NCBI GenBank assembly: GCA_036172155.1
Contig: JAVHSM010000043.1
Location: forward strand, 1-37,606
From: Candidatus Magasanikiibacteriota bacterium
Lineage (GTDB): Bacteria > Patescibacteriota > Patescibacteriia > Magasanikbacterales > GWA2-37-8
Direction of reading: 5' to 3'
DNA: 37,606 nucleotides
Of the stretch, positions 18,399-27,366 are shown piece after piece (the stretch's first letter is position 1; the number at the start of each line of letters is the position of its first letter). The notes beneath the pieces were generated by a model, which was not told the origin of the DNA, did not search any database, and was given only the letters and a program-made list of their open reading frames with translations. The translations under genes were made by a program, and so were the position numbers.

Positions 18399-18551
18399 CA
18401 GGTTTGTATAGACTAGTGTATACAAACCTGTTTTATTTTAATATTAGCCAAAACAAAACAGTAAATAAATATGCAATGATAAAAGTTGTACACATAAAGG
18501 GGGAGTTTTCCACATACTTATCCACATTTGTATAGACTAGTGTATACAAAT
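18397..18551. promoter_or_regulatory. Two copies of a 24-bp palindrome flanking DnaA boxes
   Basis: TTTGTATAGACTAGTGTATACAAA at 18403-18426 and 18527-18550; TTGTACACA (18486), TTTTCCACA (18506), TTATCCACA (18518). Confidence 0.75.
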
Positions 18552-18578
18552 AAATAATTTAGCACTATTTTTGTTAAA

Positions 18579-18614
18579 CAAAAAAACTCACCACAGCTAC
18601 GAGGTGAGTTTTTT
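18579..18614 (-). terminator. Intrinsic terminator after fusA
   Basis: AAAAAACTCACC...GGTGAGTTTTTT. Confidence 0.8.
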
Positions 18615-18627
18615 GTGAAGTTTATAA

Positions 18628-20703
18628 TTATTTTTGTTTGCCAGAGATAATATTAGCCGCCACATTGCCTGGAACATCAGCATAATGACTGAATTCCATT
18701 GAAGAACTAGCGCGACCCTGAGACATAGAGCGTAGGGAGGTGACATAGCCAAACATGCTAGCCAAAGGAACGATGGCTTTTACCACCTTCATTTGACCTC
18801 GGTCAAACATTTCTTGAATTTGACCACGCTTGGAATTCAAATCTCCGATACAATCGCCCATGAACTGCTCTGGGGTGACGACTTCTACCCTCATTATAGG
18901 CTCCATGATTACCGGATTGGCCTTTTTGCAGGCAGCTTGAAAAGCCATTGAGCCAGCCATTTTGAAGGCCAGTTCGGAGGAGTCCACTTCATGGTAAGAG
19001 CCATCAGTGACAGTAACTTTGATATCTACTACCGGATATCCAGCTTGGATACCGCGAGTAATAGACTCTTTGATACCTTTTTCAATCGCTGGGATGAATT
19101 CACGAGGAATTGAGCCACCTTTGGTGTCGTCGGTAAATTCAAAACCTTTGCCGGCTTCCTGAGGCTCTACTGTGAGGTAACAATGTCCGTATTGTCCTTT
19201 ACCGCCAGACTGTTTGATGTATTTACCCTCGGCTTCAGCCTTGGTGCGGACAGTCTCTTTGTAGGCAACTTGAGGGGCTCCGACATTGGCCTCTACCTTG
19301 AATTCGCGCTTCATGCGATCTACGATGATATCCAAATGCAATTCACCCATACCGGAAATAATGGTCTGCAAGGTTTCTTCGTCGGTTTTAATACGGAAAG
19401 TTGGATCTTCTTCGGCCAGTTTTTGCATCGCCATACCAATTCTTTCTTGATCCTGTTTAGTCTTTGGTTCAATAGCTACAGAGATAACCGGTTCTGGGAA
19501 GACAATTTTTTCCAAAATAATTGGATGGTCTTCGTCACAGAGCGTGTCACCAGTAGTGATATCTTTCAAACCAATGGCGGCGGCGATTTCACCGGAGTAG
19601 ACATCGCTAACATCTTCACGATGGTTGGCGTGCATACGCACGATACGACCGAGACGACTGCGTTCACCAGTGGTAGCATTGTAGAGATAACTACCAGCGG
19701 CTACGTGGCCAGAATATACGCGGAAAAAAACCAGTTTTCCGACGAAAGGATCCGTCATAATCTTAAAAGCCAAAGCAGAGAAAGGATCTTCGTCGGTTGC
19801 ATGGCGAATTTCTGGTTCTTCAGTATCCGGGTTGGTGCCTTTAATTTCAGCCAAATCAGTTGGGGCTGGCAAATAGGCTATTACCGCATCCAACATAAAT
19901 TGGACGCCGATGTTGGCCAAAGCAGAACCACAGATTACCGGGTAGAGTAAATTTTTTAAAGTTAAAACACGAATAGCCTTGCGGATTTCGTCAGTAGTTG
20001 CTTCTTGGCCATTCAAATATTTTTCCATCATTTCGTCGCTAACCTCAGAAATTTTTTCAACAAGTTTGGCGCGATATTCTTTTACCTGTTCCACCATGTC
20101 GGCTGGAATTGGAATTTCTACAATGTTTTCACCGTTTTTACCTTCAAAATGATAAGCTTTGTTTTCAATCAAATCAACCAAGCCTTCAAAAGTGCTATCA
20201 GCACCGATTGGTAACTGAATTGCATAAGCATTTTTGGATAAACGTTCATGGATGGAATCCATACACATGAAAAAGTCAGCGCCCAATTTGTCCATTTTGT
20301 TGATAAACGGTACACGAGGTACATTGTATTTATCGGCTTGGTGCCAGACAGTTTCGGATTGTGGTTCTACGCCTTGAGATCCATCGAACACAGCGACAGC
20401 CCCATCAAGCACACGCAAAGAGCGTTCTACTTCTACAGTAAAGTCCACATGTCCAGGAGTGTCGATGATGTTGATGCGATGATCTTTCCAAAAACAAGTA
20501 GTCGCGGCGGAAGTAATGGTGATACCGCGTTCTTTTTCTTGTTCCATCCAATCCATTTCGGCGGCGCCTTCATGTACCTCACCGATTTTGTGTTTTTTAC
20601 CGGTGTAAAAAAGGACGCGTTCGGTGGTAGTGGTTTTGCCGGCATCAATGTGAGCGGCGATGCCGATGTTGCGAGTTTTGTCTAGTGAATATTCACGAGG
20701 CAT
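18628..20703 (-). CDS. fusA: Elongation factor G
   Basis: [40 protein letters not shown]. Confidence 0.99.
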   Translation of the reverse strand: MPREYSLDKTRNIGIAAHIDAGKTTTTERVLFYTGKKHKIGEVHEGAAEMDWMEQEKERGITITSAATTCFWKDHRINIIDTPGHVDFTVEVERSLRVLDGAVAVFDGSQGVEPQSETVWHQADKYNVPRVPFINKMDKLGADFFMCMDSIHERLSKNAYAIQLPIGADSTFEGLVDLIENKAYHFEGKNGENIVEIPIPADMVEQVKEYRAKLVEKISEVSDEMMEKYLNGQEATTDEIRKAIRVLTLKNLLYPVICGSALANIGVQFMLDAVIAYLPAPTDLAEIKGTNPDTEEPEIRHATDEDPFSALAFKIMTDPFVGKLVFFRVYSGHVAAGSYLYNATTGERSRLGRIVRMHANHREDVSDVYSGEIAAAIGLKDITTGDTLCDEDHPIILEKIVFPEPVISVAIEPKTKQDQERIGMAMQKLAEEDPTFRIKTDEETLQTIISGMGELHLDIIVDRMKREFKVEANVGAPQVAYKETVRTKAEAEGKYIKQSGGKGQYGHCYLTVEPQEAGKGFEFTDDTKGGSIPREFIPAIEKGIKESITRGIQAGYPVVDIKVTVTDGSYHEVDSSELAFKMAGSMAFQAACKKANPVIMEPIMRVEVVTPEQFMGDCIGDLNSKRGQIQEMFDRGQMKVVKAIVPLASMFGYVTSLRSMSQGRASSSMEFSHYADVPGNVAANIISGKQK

Positions 20704-20734
20704 AAAGTTTTGTAATTTAATTTTATTTTATCGT

Positions 20735-20832
20735 CTCGCACCGCCAGTTGACCTCTTCGCTTTTTTTGCCCGCGAGGGCAAAAGGATGAGCCTTGGGTTC
20801 ATAACCCGCTCAGAGGTAATCTGTCGGTACTC
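20735..20832. repeat. Long imperfect palindromic element (family B, copy 2, inverted)
   Basis: Reverse complement contains ATTACCTCTGAGCGGGTTATGA and AAAGCGAAGAGGTCAACTGGCGGTGCGAG, matching 237-356. Confidence 0.7.
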
Positions 20833-20866
20833 AACTCTAAAGTTTTATTTTTTATTATAGTGCTTT

Positions 20867-20912
20867 ATCATTCCCGTCCCCGTTTTCACGAGGATAAATT
20901 TCAACGGGAATC
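20867..20912 (+). repeat. REP-like palindrome with nested insert
   Basis: ATCATTCCCG...CGGGAATC enclosing CCCCGTTTTCACGAGGATAA. Confidence 0.65.
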
Positions 20913-20915
20913 TTT

Positions 20916-21392
20916 TTATTTCGCAAACCTGGCAAAATGGGCAAAAGCTTTATTTGCTTCGGCCATTCTGTGGACATCGTCGCGTTTCTTTACGGCATCA
21001 CCAGTATTTTGTTGGGCATCCATTAAAACAGTTGCCAATTTTTCGAACATTGGTTGGCCTTTTTTGTTGCGGGCGGCACCGATGATCCAGCGGAAAGCTA
21101 GAGCATTTTGACGTTCACCGCGAACTGGCAACGGTACTTGGTAGTTGGCACCACCAACACGGCGGGAGCGAACTTCTACCTGAGGACGGATGATGTTGAT
21201 AGCTTCTTCAAAAATTTTGATTGGATCTTTTTTGGTATCAGTGGCAATTTTATCCATTGCAGAATAAAAAATATCTTGAGCCACTGTTTTTTTGCCTCGT
21301 TCCATCAAGAAGTTGGTGAATTTAGCCACCAATACACTTCCGTATTTTGGATCCGGGGCAATAACGCGTTGTTTTGATTGCTTACCTCTCAT
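20916..21392 (-). CDS. rpsG: 30S ribosomal protein S7
   Basis: PDPKY, GKK..A, EVRSRRVGGANYQVP, HRMAEANKAFAHF. Confidence 0.99.
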   Translation of the reverse strand: MRGKQSKQRVIAPDPKYGSVLVAKFTNFLMERGKKTVAQDIFYSAMDKIATDTKKDPIKIFEEAINIIRPQVEVRSRRVGGANYQVPLPVRGERQNALAFRWIIGAARNKKGQPMFEKLATVLMDAQQNTGDAVKKRDDVHRMAEANKAFAHFARFAK

Positions 21393-21424
21393 ATTTTAAT
21401 AGTTTCAATTAGTAGGTGACTAAA

Positions 21425-21853
21425 TTATTTCTTGGCCGCTTTTGGACGTTTTGTACCATAAACACTGCGACTGCGTCGGCGTTTTTCGATACCTTGGGCA
21501 TCATAAACACCGCGAACAATATGGTAGCGTACACCTGGCAAATCTTTTACACGACCACCGCGCAAAAGCACGATCGAGTGTTCTTGCAAGTTGTGTCCTT
21601 CGCCTGGAATATAGGCGATAACTTCTGAGCCATTACTCATACGAACCTTGGCCACTTTACGCAAAGCAGAGTTAGGTTTTTTTGGAGTAGTGGTATAAAC
21701 CTTAGTACATACACCTCTTTTGAAGGCACAGCCCTTGGCGAATACGGTTTTGCGGCGGTGCAAGTTGTCGATGGTGAACTGCAATGCCGGCACTTTGGTT
21801 TTGCGTACTTTACTGACACGCCCCTTTTTTATCAACTGATTGAATGTAGGCAT
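21425..21853 (-). CDS. rpsL: 30S ribosomal protein S12
   Basis: [38 protein letters not shown]. Confidence 0.99.
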   Translation of the reverse strand: MPTFNQLIKKGRVSKVRKTKVPALQFTIDNLHRRKTVFAKGCAFKRGVCTKVYTTTPKKPNSALRKVAKVRMSNGSEVIAYIPGEGHNLQEHSIVLLRGGRVKDLPGVRYHIVRGVYDAQGIEKRRRSRSVYGTKRPKAAKK

Positions 21854-22085
21854 AATTAATTAATTTTGGCTAATCTTAGACGATTAAAGCCGTTTTTGTA
21901 ATATAAAAAAACTGACCATATATAATCAGCCACGATTTTTTTGGTCCGCCCTCAACCATAATATCAGATAAATACTGCGGTTTTTGGACTAGTTCTGGTT
22001 AGATAATAATATAAAAATGGGTATTTGTCAAGAAGAAGGGTGTTGATAGTGAGGACGGTAGTCTGGTAGTTAATCATTTTTGTTT

Positions 22086-24143
22086 TTACAAATCATTTAA
22101 ATCTCGCAGAAAACTACCGGGTTTAATTTTTAACGGTTGATCTTCTGGGATGTATTGAATCTCGCCGTCATCTCTATCAAAAACAGTGGTTTTGTAGGAT
22201 AAAAGTGAGTGGTCTTCAATCAAATCCGAACTAATTTCAGATAAAAATAGGCTTGGACCAGAGGTGTTGTTCCAACTTTCGGTGGTCATCGGGTAGGTGA
22301 GTGTAAGATGACGCTTGGCGCGAGTGATGGCGACATAAAATAGGCGGCGTTCTTCTTCTAGACCATTTTGTTCGGTGGCGGCACGACTGTTCGGAAAAGC
22401 GTCGTTGGCGATGTTGATGATAAACACCGCTTCCCATTCCAAACCTTTTGCTTGGTGAATAGTAGACAACACCAATCGTTTTTGTTGATCAGATGGTTTT
22501 TGGTTTAGTGTGGTTGGTTTGGCGAATGATTCTTGCAAACTGGCTTCGGTCAAAAAGCTAGTGAGGTTTTGGTGTTTGGCGGCGAATACAGCCATTTGTT
22601 CCAAATCTTTTTTTCTATCTTCGCTGTCTAAGAATTCGGTGGACAAAAATTCGCTATAGCGAGAATTGGCGATGGCGTCGATGAGATCACCAGGATTATT
22701 TTCTGGTATGTAGGCTTCTAGCAATACACTAAAAATTTTTAAGAAATTATTGAAACCTATTTTCGCTTTTCCACCAAGCGATTCTCCGAGTAATTTCAGG
22801 TCTTCAATTTTTTCTAATTTTTGTACCGCTTCGATAATTTTATTGGCGGCGGATGGACCAATGCCTTCTTCGTGCATGAGCACGCGTAGCCAAGCGGCAG
22901 TATCAGATAAATTATTTAAAATTCTTAAATAACTCAAAACATCTTTGATGTGAGCACGATCAAAAAAACGCAGGCCACCGCGGTAGTCATAAAGTATACC
23001 GGCTTTGGCCAGTTCCATTTCGAGCATCTGTGAATGATGAGCGGCGCGAAAGAGAACGGCAATCTGGTGTGGGGCAGTACCTTGATCGATAAGTTCGTTT
23101 ATTTTTTTCACCACGAAGCTCGCTTCATCCGACTGGTCATTTTTTGGATATAAATTTGGTTTTAGGCCATCGAGTTTTATCGCCTTTAATTTTTTTGGAT
23201 ATTGCTGGCGATTATTTTCGATAACACCATTGGCCAAAGATAATATTTCTTGGTGTGATCGATAATTTGTTTCCAAACGAAAAATTTTTGCCTCCGGATA
23301 TTTTTCTTCGAAGTTTAAAATATTTTTAATGTCGGCCGCGCGAAAAGAATATATACTTTGGGCATCATCGCCAACCACCAAAATATTACGATGAGTTTTG
23401 GCTAATTTATCGATAATATTGGCTTGTAATTTATTGGTGTCTTGATATTCGTCTACCAAAATATATTGAAACTGACTAGAAAATTTTTCTTGGATGCTGG
23501 AAATATTTAAAAGTAACGCGAGGTTGATAAGTAGATCATCGAAGTCCATTACATTGGCTGTTTTTTTCTTTTGTTCATAACGCGAAGCGACATCACCAAT
23601 GGTTCTGACCAAATGCCACCAGCCGGTAAATCTATCTTCGATAGTTTCCTCAATACTTTTTTGTGAATTGCGAGAAAAACTAATAATCGCACTAACAATT
23701 TTGGCCGATGGAAATTTGTCGGTGGTTTTGAATTCTTTGATACACAATTTTATGAGCGCTTGGCTGTCGTCGGCATCCAAAACCGTAAAATTATTTTTGT
23801 ATCCTAGATGTGTGGCATATTGTCGTAAAACTTTATTGGCAATGTGATGGAATGTGCCAGACCACGGTAACACCCTGTCATTCCCGCGAAAGCGGGAATC
23901 TATTTCGTTATCATTATTTGTTAATTCGACAACTCGCTCAATCATCTCGTGCGCTGCCCTGTTGGTAAAAGTTACCAACAAAATATTTTCCGGAGAAATT
24001 CTTTTTTCCAATAAATACGCGACACGGTAAGTGATGGTCCGAGTTTTGCCAGACCCCGCTCCAGCCAAAACCAAACACGGTCCGTCGCCATTTTGGACGA
24101 CAGCTAGTTGTTCTTTGTTTAATTCTTGTTCAAAATTTATCAT
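22086..24143 (-). CDS. UvrD/PcrA family SF1 DNA helicase
   Basis: AGAGSGKT, TFTNRAA, LVDEYQD, VGDDAQSIYSFR, TIHQAKGLE, EERRLFYVA.TRA. Confidence 0.96.
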   Translation of the reverse strand: MINFEQELNKEQLAVVQNGDGPCLVLAGAGSGKTRTITYRVAYLLEKRISPENILLVTFTNRAAHEMIERVVELTNNDNEIDSRFRGNDRVLPWSGTFHHIANKVLRQYATHLGYKNNFTVLDADDSQALIKLCIKEFKTTDKFPSAKIVSAIISFSRNSQKSIEETIEDRFTGWWHLVRTIGDVASRYEQKKKTANVMDFDDLLINLALLLNISSIQEKFSSQFQYILVDEYQDTNKLQANIIDKLAKTHRNILVVGDDAQSIYSFRAADIKNILNFEEKYPEAKIFRLETNYRSHQEILSLANGVIENNRQQYPKKLKAIKLDGLKPNLYPKNDQSDEASFVVKKINELIDQGTAPHQIAVLFRAAHHSQMLEMELAKAGILYDYRGGLRFFDRAHIKDVLSYLRILNNLSDTAAWLRVLMHEEGIGPSAANKIIEAVQKLEKIEDLKLLGESLGGKAKIGFNNFLKIFSVLLEAYIPENNPGDLIDAIANSRYSEFLSTEFLDSEDRKKDLEQMAVFAAKHQNLTSFLTEASLQESFAKPTTLNQKPSDQQKRLVLSTIHQAKGLEWEAVFIINIANDAFPNSRAATEQNGLEEERRLFYVAITRAKRHLTLTYPMTTESWNNTSGPSLFLSEISSDLIEDHSLLSYKTTVFDRDDGEIQYIPEDQPLKIKPGSFLRDLNDL
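23876..23900 (+). repeat. REP-like palindrome lying in-frame inside the helicase gene
   Basis: TGTCATTCCCGCGAAAGCGGGAATC, read on the minus strand as DSRFRGND. Confidence 0.9.
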
Positions 24144-24188
24144 ATTGAGGTTTCATTTTAGCACAGTCAGATATTGAGGGCAATCATC

Positions 24189-24872
24189 CTATTGTGCACG
24201 CAGACGAAGTTGAAAAATTGCATCCTTTTTTAAATTCTTTTTTGCCCAATCCTTTTGTTTTTCATCAAGCAACTCACCAATGCCAACCAGTATTTTATTT
24301 TCTGGAAGCTTCTCCAATTTATTCGCAAGAGAAGATAAAAATTTAGCCAAATCCATTCCAGTTTTTTCGCGAATGATTTCTTCGTTTATCGGCCACATTT
24401 TTGTTAAATAAAACCAAACATCATAAATATCACGACTAAATTTATTCATTCGATCATCCATCGCCAACAACTTAGTCGCGAACACATCTTCCTGTTTCAT
24501 TACCAACATCGGTATCCCCAAAAATTGTTTTATTTCGTAATGGCTATTTTTAAAGCGGCGCGAAATTTCTATTTTGATATTTTTTTCTTTTTCTCCATAA
24601 GAAATAGTAAAAAATAAAGTATAAAATTTTTGTTGTTCGTCTTTTATAGTGCCGTATTTAGCCACAATTGATTTCATTCGTTCAAATACTAGTTGTTCTT
24701 TTTCAGGATTAATTAAATCAAAATCAAGATCAACCGAAAACCTATCTAATCCGTAAAACAAAAAAGCCGCCGTACCACCTTTGAATCCTAGTTGCGAAGA
24801 AATTTCACTATCACTATAAATATCTTTGAGAATAGAAAGCAAAATTGTTTTGTGATTATTTTGATTGAGCAT
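24189..24872 (-). CDS. AbiEii/AbiGii-family nucleotidyltransferase toxin (type IV TA)
   Basis: FKGGTA....Y...RFSVDLDF, KL.A, RDIYD. Confidence 0.9.
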   Translation of the reverse strand: MLNQNNHKTILLSILKDIYSDSEISSQLGFKGGTAAFLFYGLDRFSVDLDFDLINPEKEQLVFERMKSIVAKYGTIKDEQQKFYTLFFTISYGEKEKNIKIEISRRFKNSHYEIKQFLGIPMLVMKQEDVFATKLLAMDDRMNKFSRDIYDVWFYLTKMWPINEEIIREKTGMDLAKFLSSLANKLEKLPENKILVGIGELLDEKQKDWAKKNLKKDAIFQLRLRAQ

Positions 24873-25443
24873 ATTGTTGATAATATTTTTTTAATGTTTT
24901 TTCTAAAGTTTTATTATTATATATTTTTACTAATTCAAAACAAGAGTCCCAATCCAGCGAATGTAAATTATCAAAAAGGTACTCACCATAAAGGTAGAGT
25001 GTGTCTAAAAAAGCGCGCTCTTTGGTCGCAATGAAATAATTACCCTTGTTTACTAGTCCAGCCGTATTAGTGAGGATGTCGTTTTTTATTTTTTTAATGG
25101 AAATTTTTTTATTATCACACGCTATATCACGAGTGAGATATGACATCACAAATATGTCTTCATAGTATTGAAAAATTAAACCTTCTTGGCGTAAGACGGT
25201 TTGGAGTCCTATATAGGAGGGTGTGTAAATTTTTGTGGCCAGTTCCAAAGGGTTGTAATTTGGGTCTTTGGCATAAACACCTTTACGGATACGATAAAGC
25301 TGACCAGTTTTGATATAGTAGTTTACCGCTGAAATAGTGGTTTTTGTGTTTGTGTCACCCCAAACCATGGTTATTTCCTTGAAAGAGAAAACCGTTTGAG
25401 GAAGGCGCAAAAGTGCTGAAATTGGTTTTTTTTCGTATTTCAT
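24856..25443 (-). CDS. AbiEi-family antitoxin / transcriptional regulator
   Basis: N-terminal wHTH (L.RIRKGVY), PSYI.L..VL...GLI.Q, AT.ERAFLD.LYL; overlaps the toxin start. Confidence 0.88.
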   Translation of the reverse strand: MKYEKKPISALLRLPQTVFSFKEITMVWGDTNTKTTISAVNYYIKTGQLYRIRKGVYAKDPNYNPLELATKIYTPSYIGLQTVLRQEGLIFQYYEDIFVMSYLTRDIACDNKKISIKKIKNDILTNTAGLVNKGNYFIATKERAFLDTLYLYGEYLFDNLHSLDWDSCFELVKIYNNKTLEKTLKKYYQQYAQSK

Positions 25444-25445
25444 AT

Positions 25446-25535
25446 ACTAAACAATAGGATATTTCTTATGTTTAGTTTACCATATTTGGAGTATTTTGTC
25501 AAAATATTGACAAAAAAGATGTTTTTTGTCATAAT
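25446..25535. promoter_or_regulatory. AbiE promoter with candidate operator, plus a divergent promoter
   Basis: Minus strand TTGACA (25502-25497)-17-TAAACT (25479-25474); inverted repeat ACTAAACA-N15-TGTTTAGT (25446-25476). Plus strand TTGACA (25507-25512)-17-CATAAT. Confidence 0.7.
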
Positions 25536-25605
25536 TTGCTGTTAATTTGTGAGATAGTTTACGATGTTCTTTGAAATTATCCAGTTTTCTTTTTGGCAAC
25601 GACGC

Positions 25606-25631
25606 TGTCATTCCCGCAAAAGCGGGAATCC
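25606..25631 (+). repeat. TGTCAT-tagged REP-like palindrome
   Basis: TGTCATTCCCGCAAAAGCGGGAATCC. Confidence 0.85.
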
Positions 25632-25723
25632 GACTGTCTGTCAAAAAGAAGACTGAAATACATTCAGTCCGTCGTTGGTAAGTCTCAGGCATCATGCTTG
25701 AGGTGTGCCCAGGAGGAGATGTT

Positions 25724-25999
25724 ATGGGAAAGAGAATGGAAACTGACCAGTTCGTCGAGTTGGTCGCGGCGGTCGTTCGGTCGCTTCCGCGCGACTTGGA
25801 TTCGGCCGTGGCTCAAGGGGTGGATCAACGGCCAGAGCGCTCTCGCTGTGGTGTTGAAAGACACCCTGTCGTGGATGGTGAAGATGTCGAACCCACCATC
25901 GGTCTCGACCTCGCCAAGTTCACATTCGTGTCTGTCCTTCCGGACGGCAAGGACTTAATCAACGGCGACGAGATGCGTGGACGAGCGGGGGTCTTCTAG
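25724..25999 (+). pseudogene. GC-richer orphan gene, probably frameshifted and truncated
   Basis: AGGAGG at 25711, ATG at 25724. The protein-like reading ...LPRDLDSAVAQG continues as WINGQSALAVVLKDTL in the +1 frame after GGGG (25817-25820), then returns to the first frame. Confidence 0.55.
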
Positions 26000-26107
26000 T
26001 TTATAAAATATTTTACTATTTTTTCTATGATGTTTTTTTTATTTATACAAACTTGATTTTTCAAATAAAATAGCATAGAATTGATGTTGTTTATAAAAAA
26101 AAAGACA

Positions 26108-26132
26108 GATTCCCGCTTTCGCGGGAATAACA
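26108..26132 (-). repeat. REP-like palindrome upstream of tgt
   Basis: GATTCCCGCTTTCGCGGGAATAACA on the + strand. Confidence 0.8.
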
Positions 26133-26143
26133 GAAAAATATTT

Positions 26144-27361
26144 ATGTCATTTTTTGAACTCATCCACGAAGATAAAAATACCGGTGCACGAGCGGGTGTG
26201 TTACATACTGAACATGGAGATATTCTTACTCCAGTATTTATGCCAGTTGGCACCCAAGCTACGGTAAAAACTTTGGATCAGACCGATCTGTTGACTTTGG
26301 ACCCAAAAATTATTTTAGCTAATAATTATCATTTACATCTACGTCCGGGGGAGAATTTGATTGCCCAAGCTGGTGGTTTACACAAATTCATGAACTGGGA
26401 TCGGGCTATTTTGACTGATTCTGGTGGTTTTCAGGTTTTTAGTTTAGGTTTGCAAAAAGAAAAACAACAAACTGGAGACCAAGGGAAGTTGGTAAAGATA
26501 GATGAAGATGGTGTAACTTTTCAGTCACATATTGACGGCTCAAGTCATCGTTTTACGCCGGAATCGGCAATAGATTGTCAACATAAAATCGGAGCCGATA
26601 TTATTATGGCTTTTGATGAGTGTACACCTGACAATGCGGATTTTAAATATACTAAAGAAGCAATGGAGCGCACTCATCGTTGGGCGCAGAGGTGTTTGAT
26701 GGAACATAAAAAGTTAGTAAAACTAAAAAGGGATTCCTCCACGGAGTTTACCCTGAGCGGAGCCGAAGGGCTCGGAATGACACATCCATACAAACAATTT
26801 TTATTTGGTATTATTCAGGGGGCTAACCATGAAGAACTCAGAAAAGAATCCGCCAAATTTATTTCCAGTTTAGATTTTGACGGAGTGGCGATTGGTGGAG
26901 AGAGTGTGGGATATAATATGGAAGCTACTGAAAATATTTTGCGTTGGGTAACGCCGTTGATATCAAAAAATAAGCCGCGCTATACCATGGGGGTAGGTTT
27001 GGATCCTATGGATTTGCTCAAAGTTGTAGCCGGTGGTGCTGACATGTTTGATTGTGTAGCACCGACTAGAGTGGCGCGACATGGTATGGTATTTGTATCT
27101 TCTGCCCAAGATCAAAAGCGTCGTTTGAATATCAAAAATTCTGCTTTTGCTAAAGATTTTTCACCGATTGATACCAACTGTACTTGTTTGACTTGTCAAA
27201 ATTATTCACGCGCTTATTTACATCATTTGTTTTTGGCACAAGAAATGTCCGGACTTCGTCTGGCCACAATTCACAACCTTCATTTTATGTTGGAATTAAT
27301 GAGACAAGCGCGCGAAGCGGTTTTGAAAGATCGGTATGGAGAATTTATCCAAAATTGTTAA
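26144..27361 (+). CDS. tgt: tRNA-guanine transglycosylase
   Basis: TPVFMPVGT..TVK, LTDSGGFQVFSL, FDEC, DMFDCVAPTR, CxCxxC..H zinc site; start taken as the ATG at 26144. Confidence 0.97.
   Translation: MSFFELIHEDKNTGARAGVLHTEHGDILTPVFMPVGTQATVKTLDQTDLLTLDPKIILANNYHLHLRPGENLIAQAGGLHKFMNWDRAILTDSGGFQVFSLGLQKEKQQTGDQGKLVKIDEDGVTFQSHIDGSSHRFTPESAIDCQHKIGADIIMAFDECTPDNADFKYTKEAMERTHRWAQRCLMEHKKLVKLKRDSSTEFTLSGAEGLGMTHPYKQFLFGIIQGANHEELRKESAKFISSLDFDGVAIGGESVGYNMEATENILRWVTPLISKNKPRYTMGVGLDPMDLLKVVAGGADMFDCVAPTRVARHGMVFVSSAQDQKRRLNIKNSAFAKDFSPIDTNCTCLTCQNYSRAYLHHLFLAQEMSGLRLATIHNLHFMLELMRQAREAVLKDRYGEFIQNC
26729..26782 (-). repeat. Composite REP-like element lying in-frame inside tgt
   Basis: AGGGATTCCTCC...CCCTGAGCGGAGCCGAAGGG-CTCGGAATGACA, encoding RDSSTEFTLSGAEGLGMT. 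Confidence 0.85.
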
Positions 27362-27366
27362 TCAAT

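Noticed and set aside
19183-19950. 255-aa antisense ORF inside fusA and similar antisense or overlapping ORFs
   Set aside because: Fully overlap well-conserved genes and have no motifs; typical codon-bias shadows.
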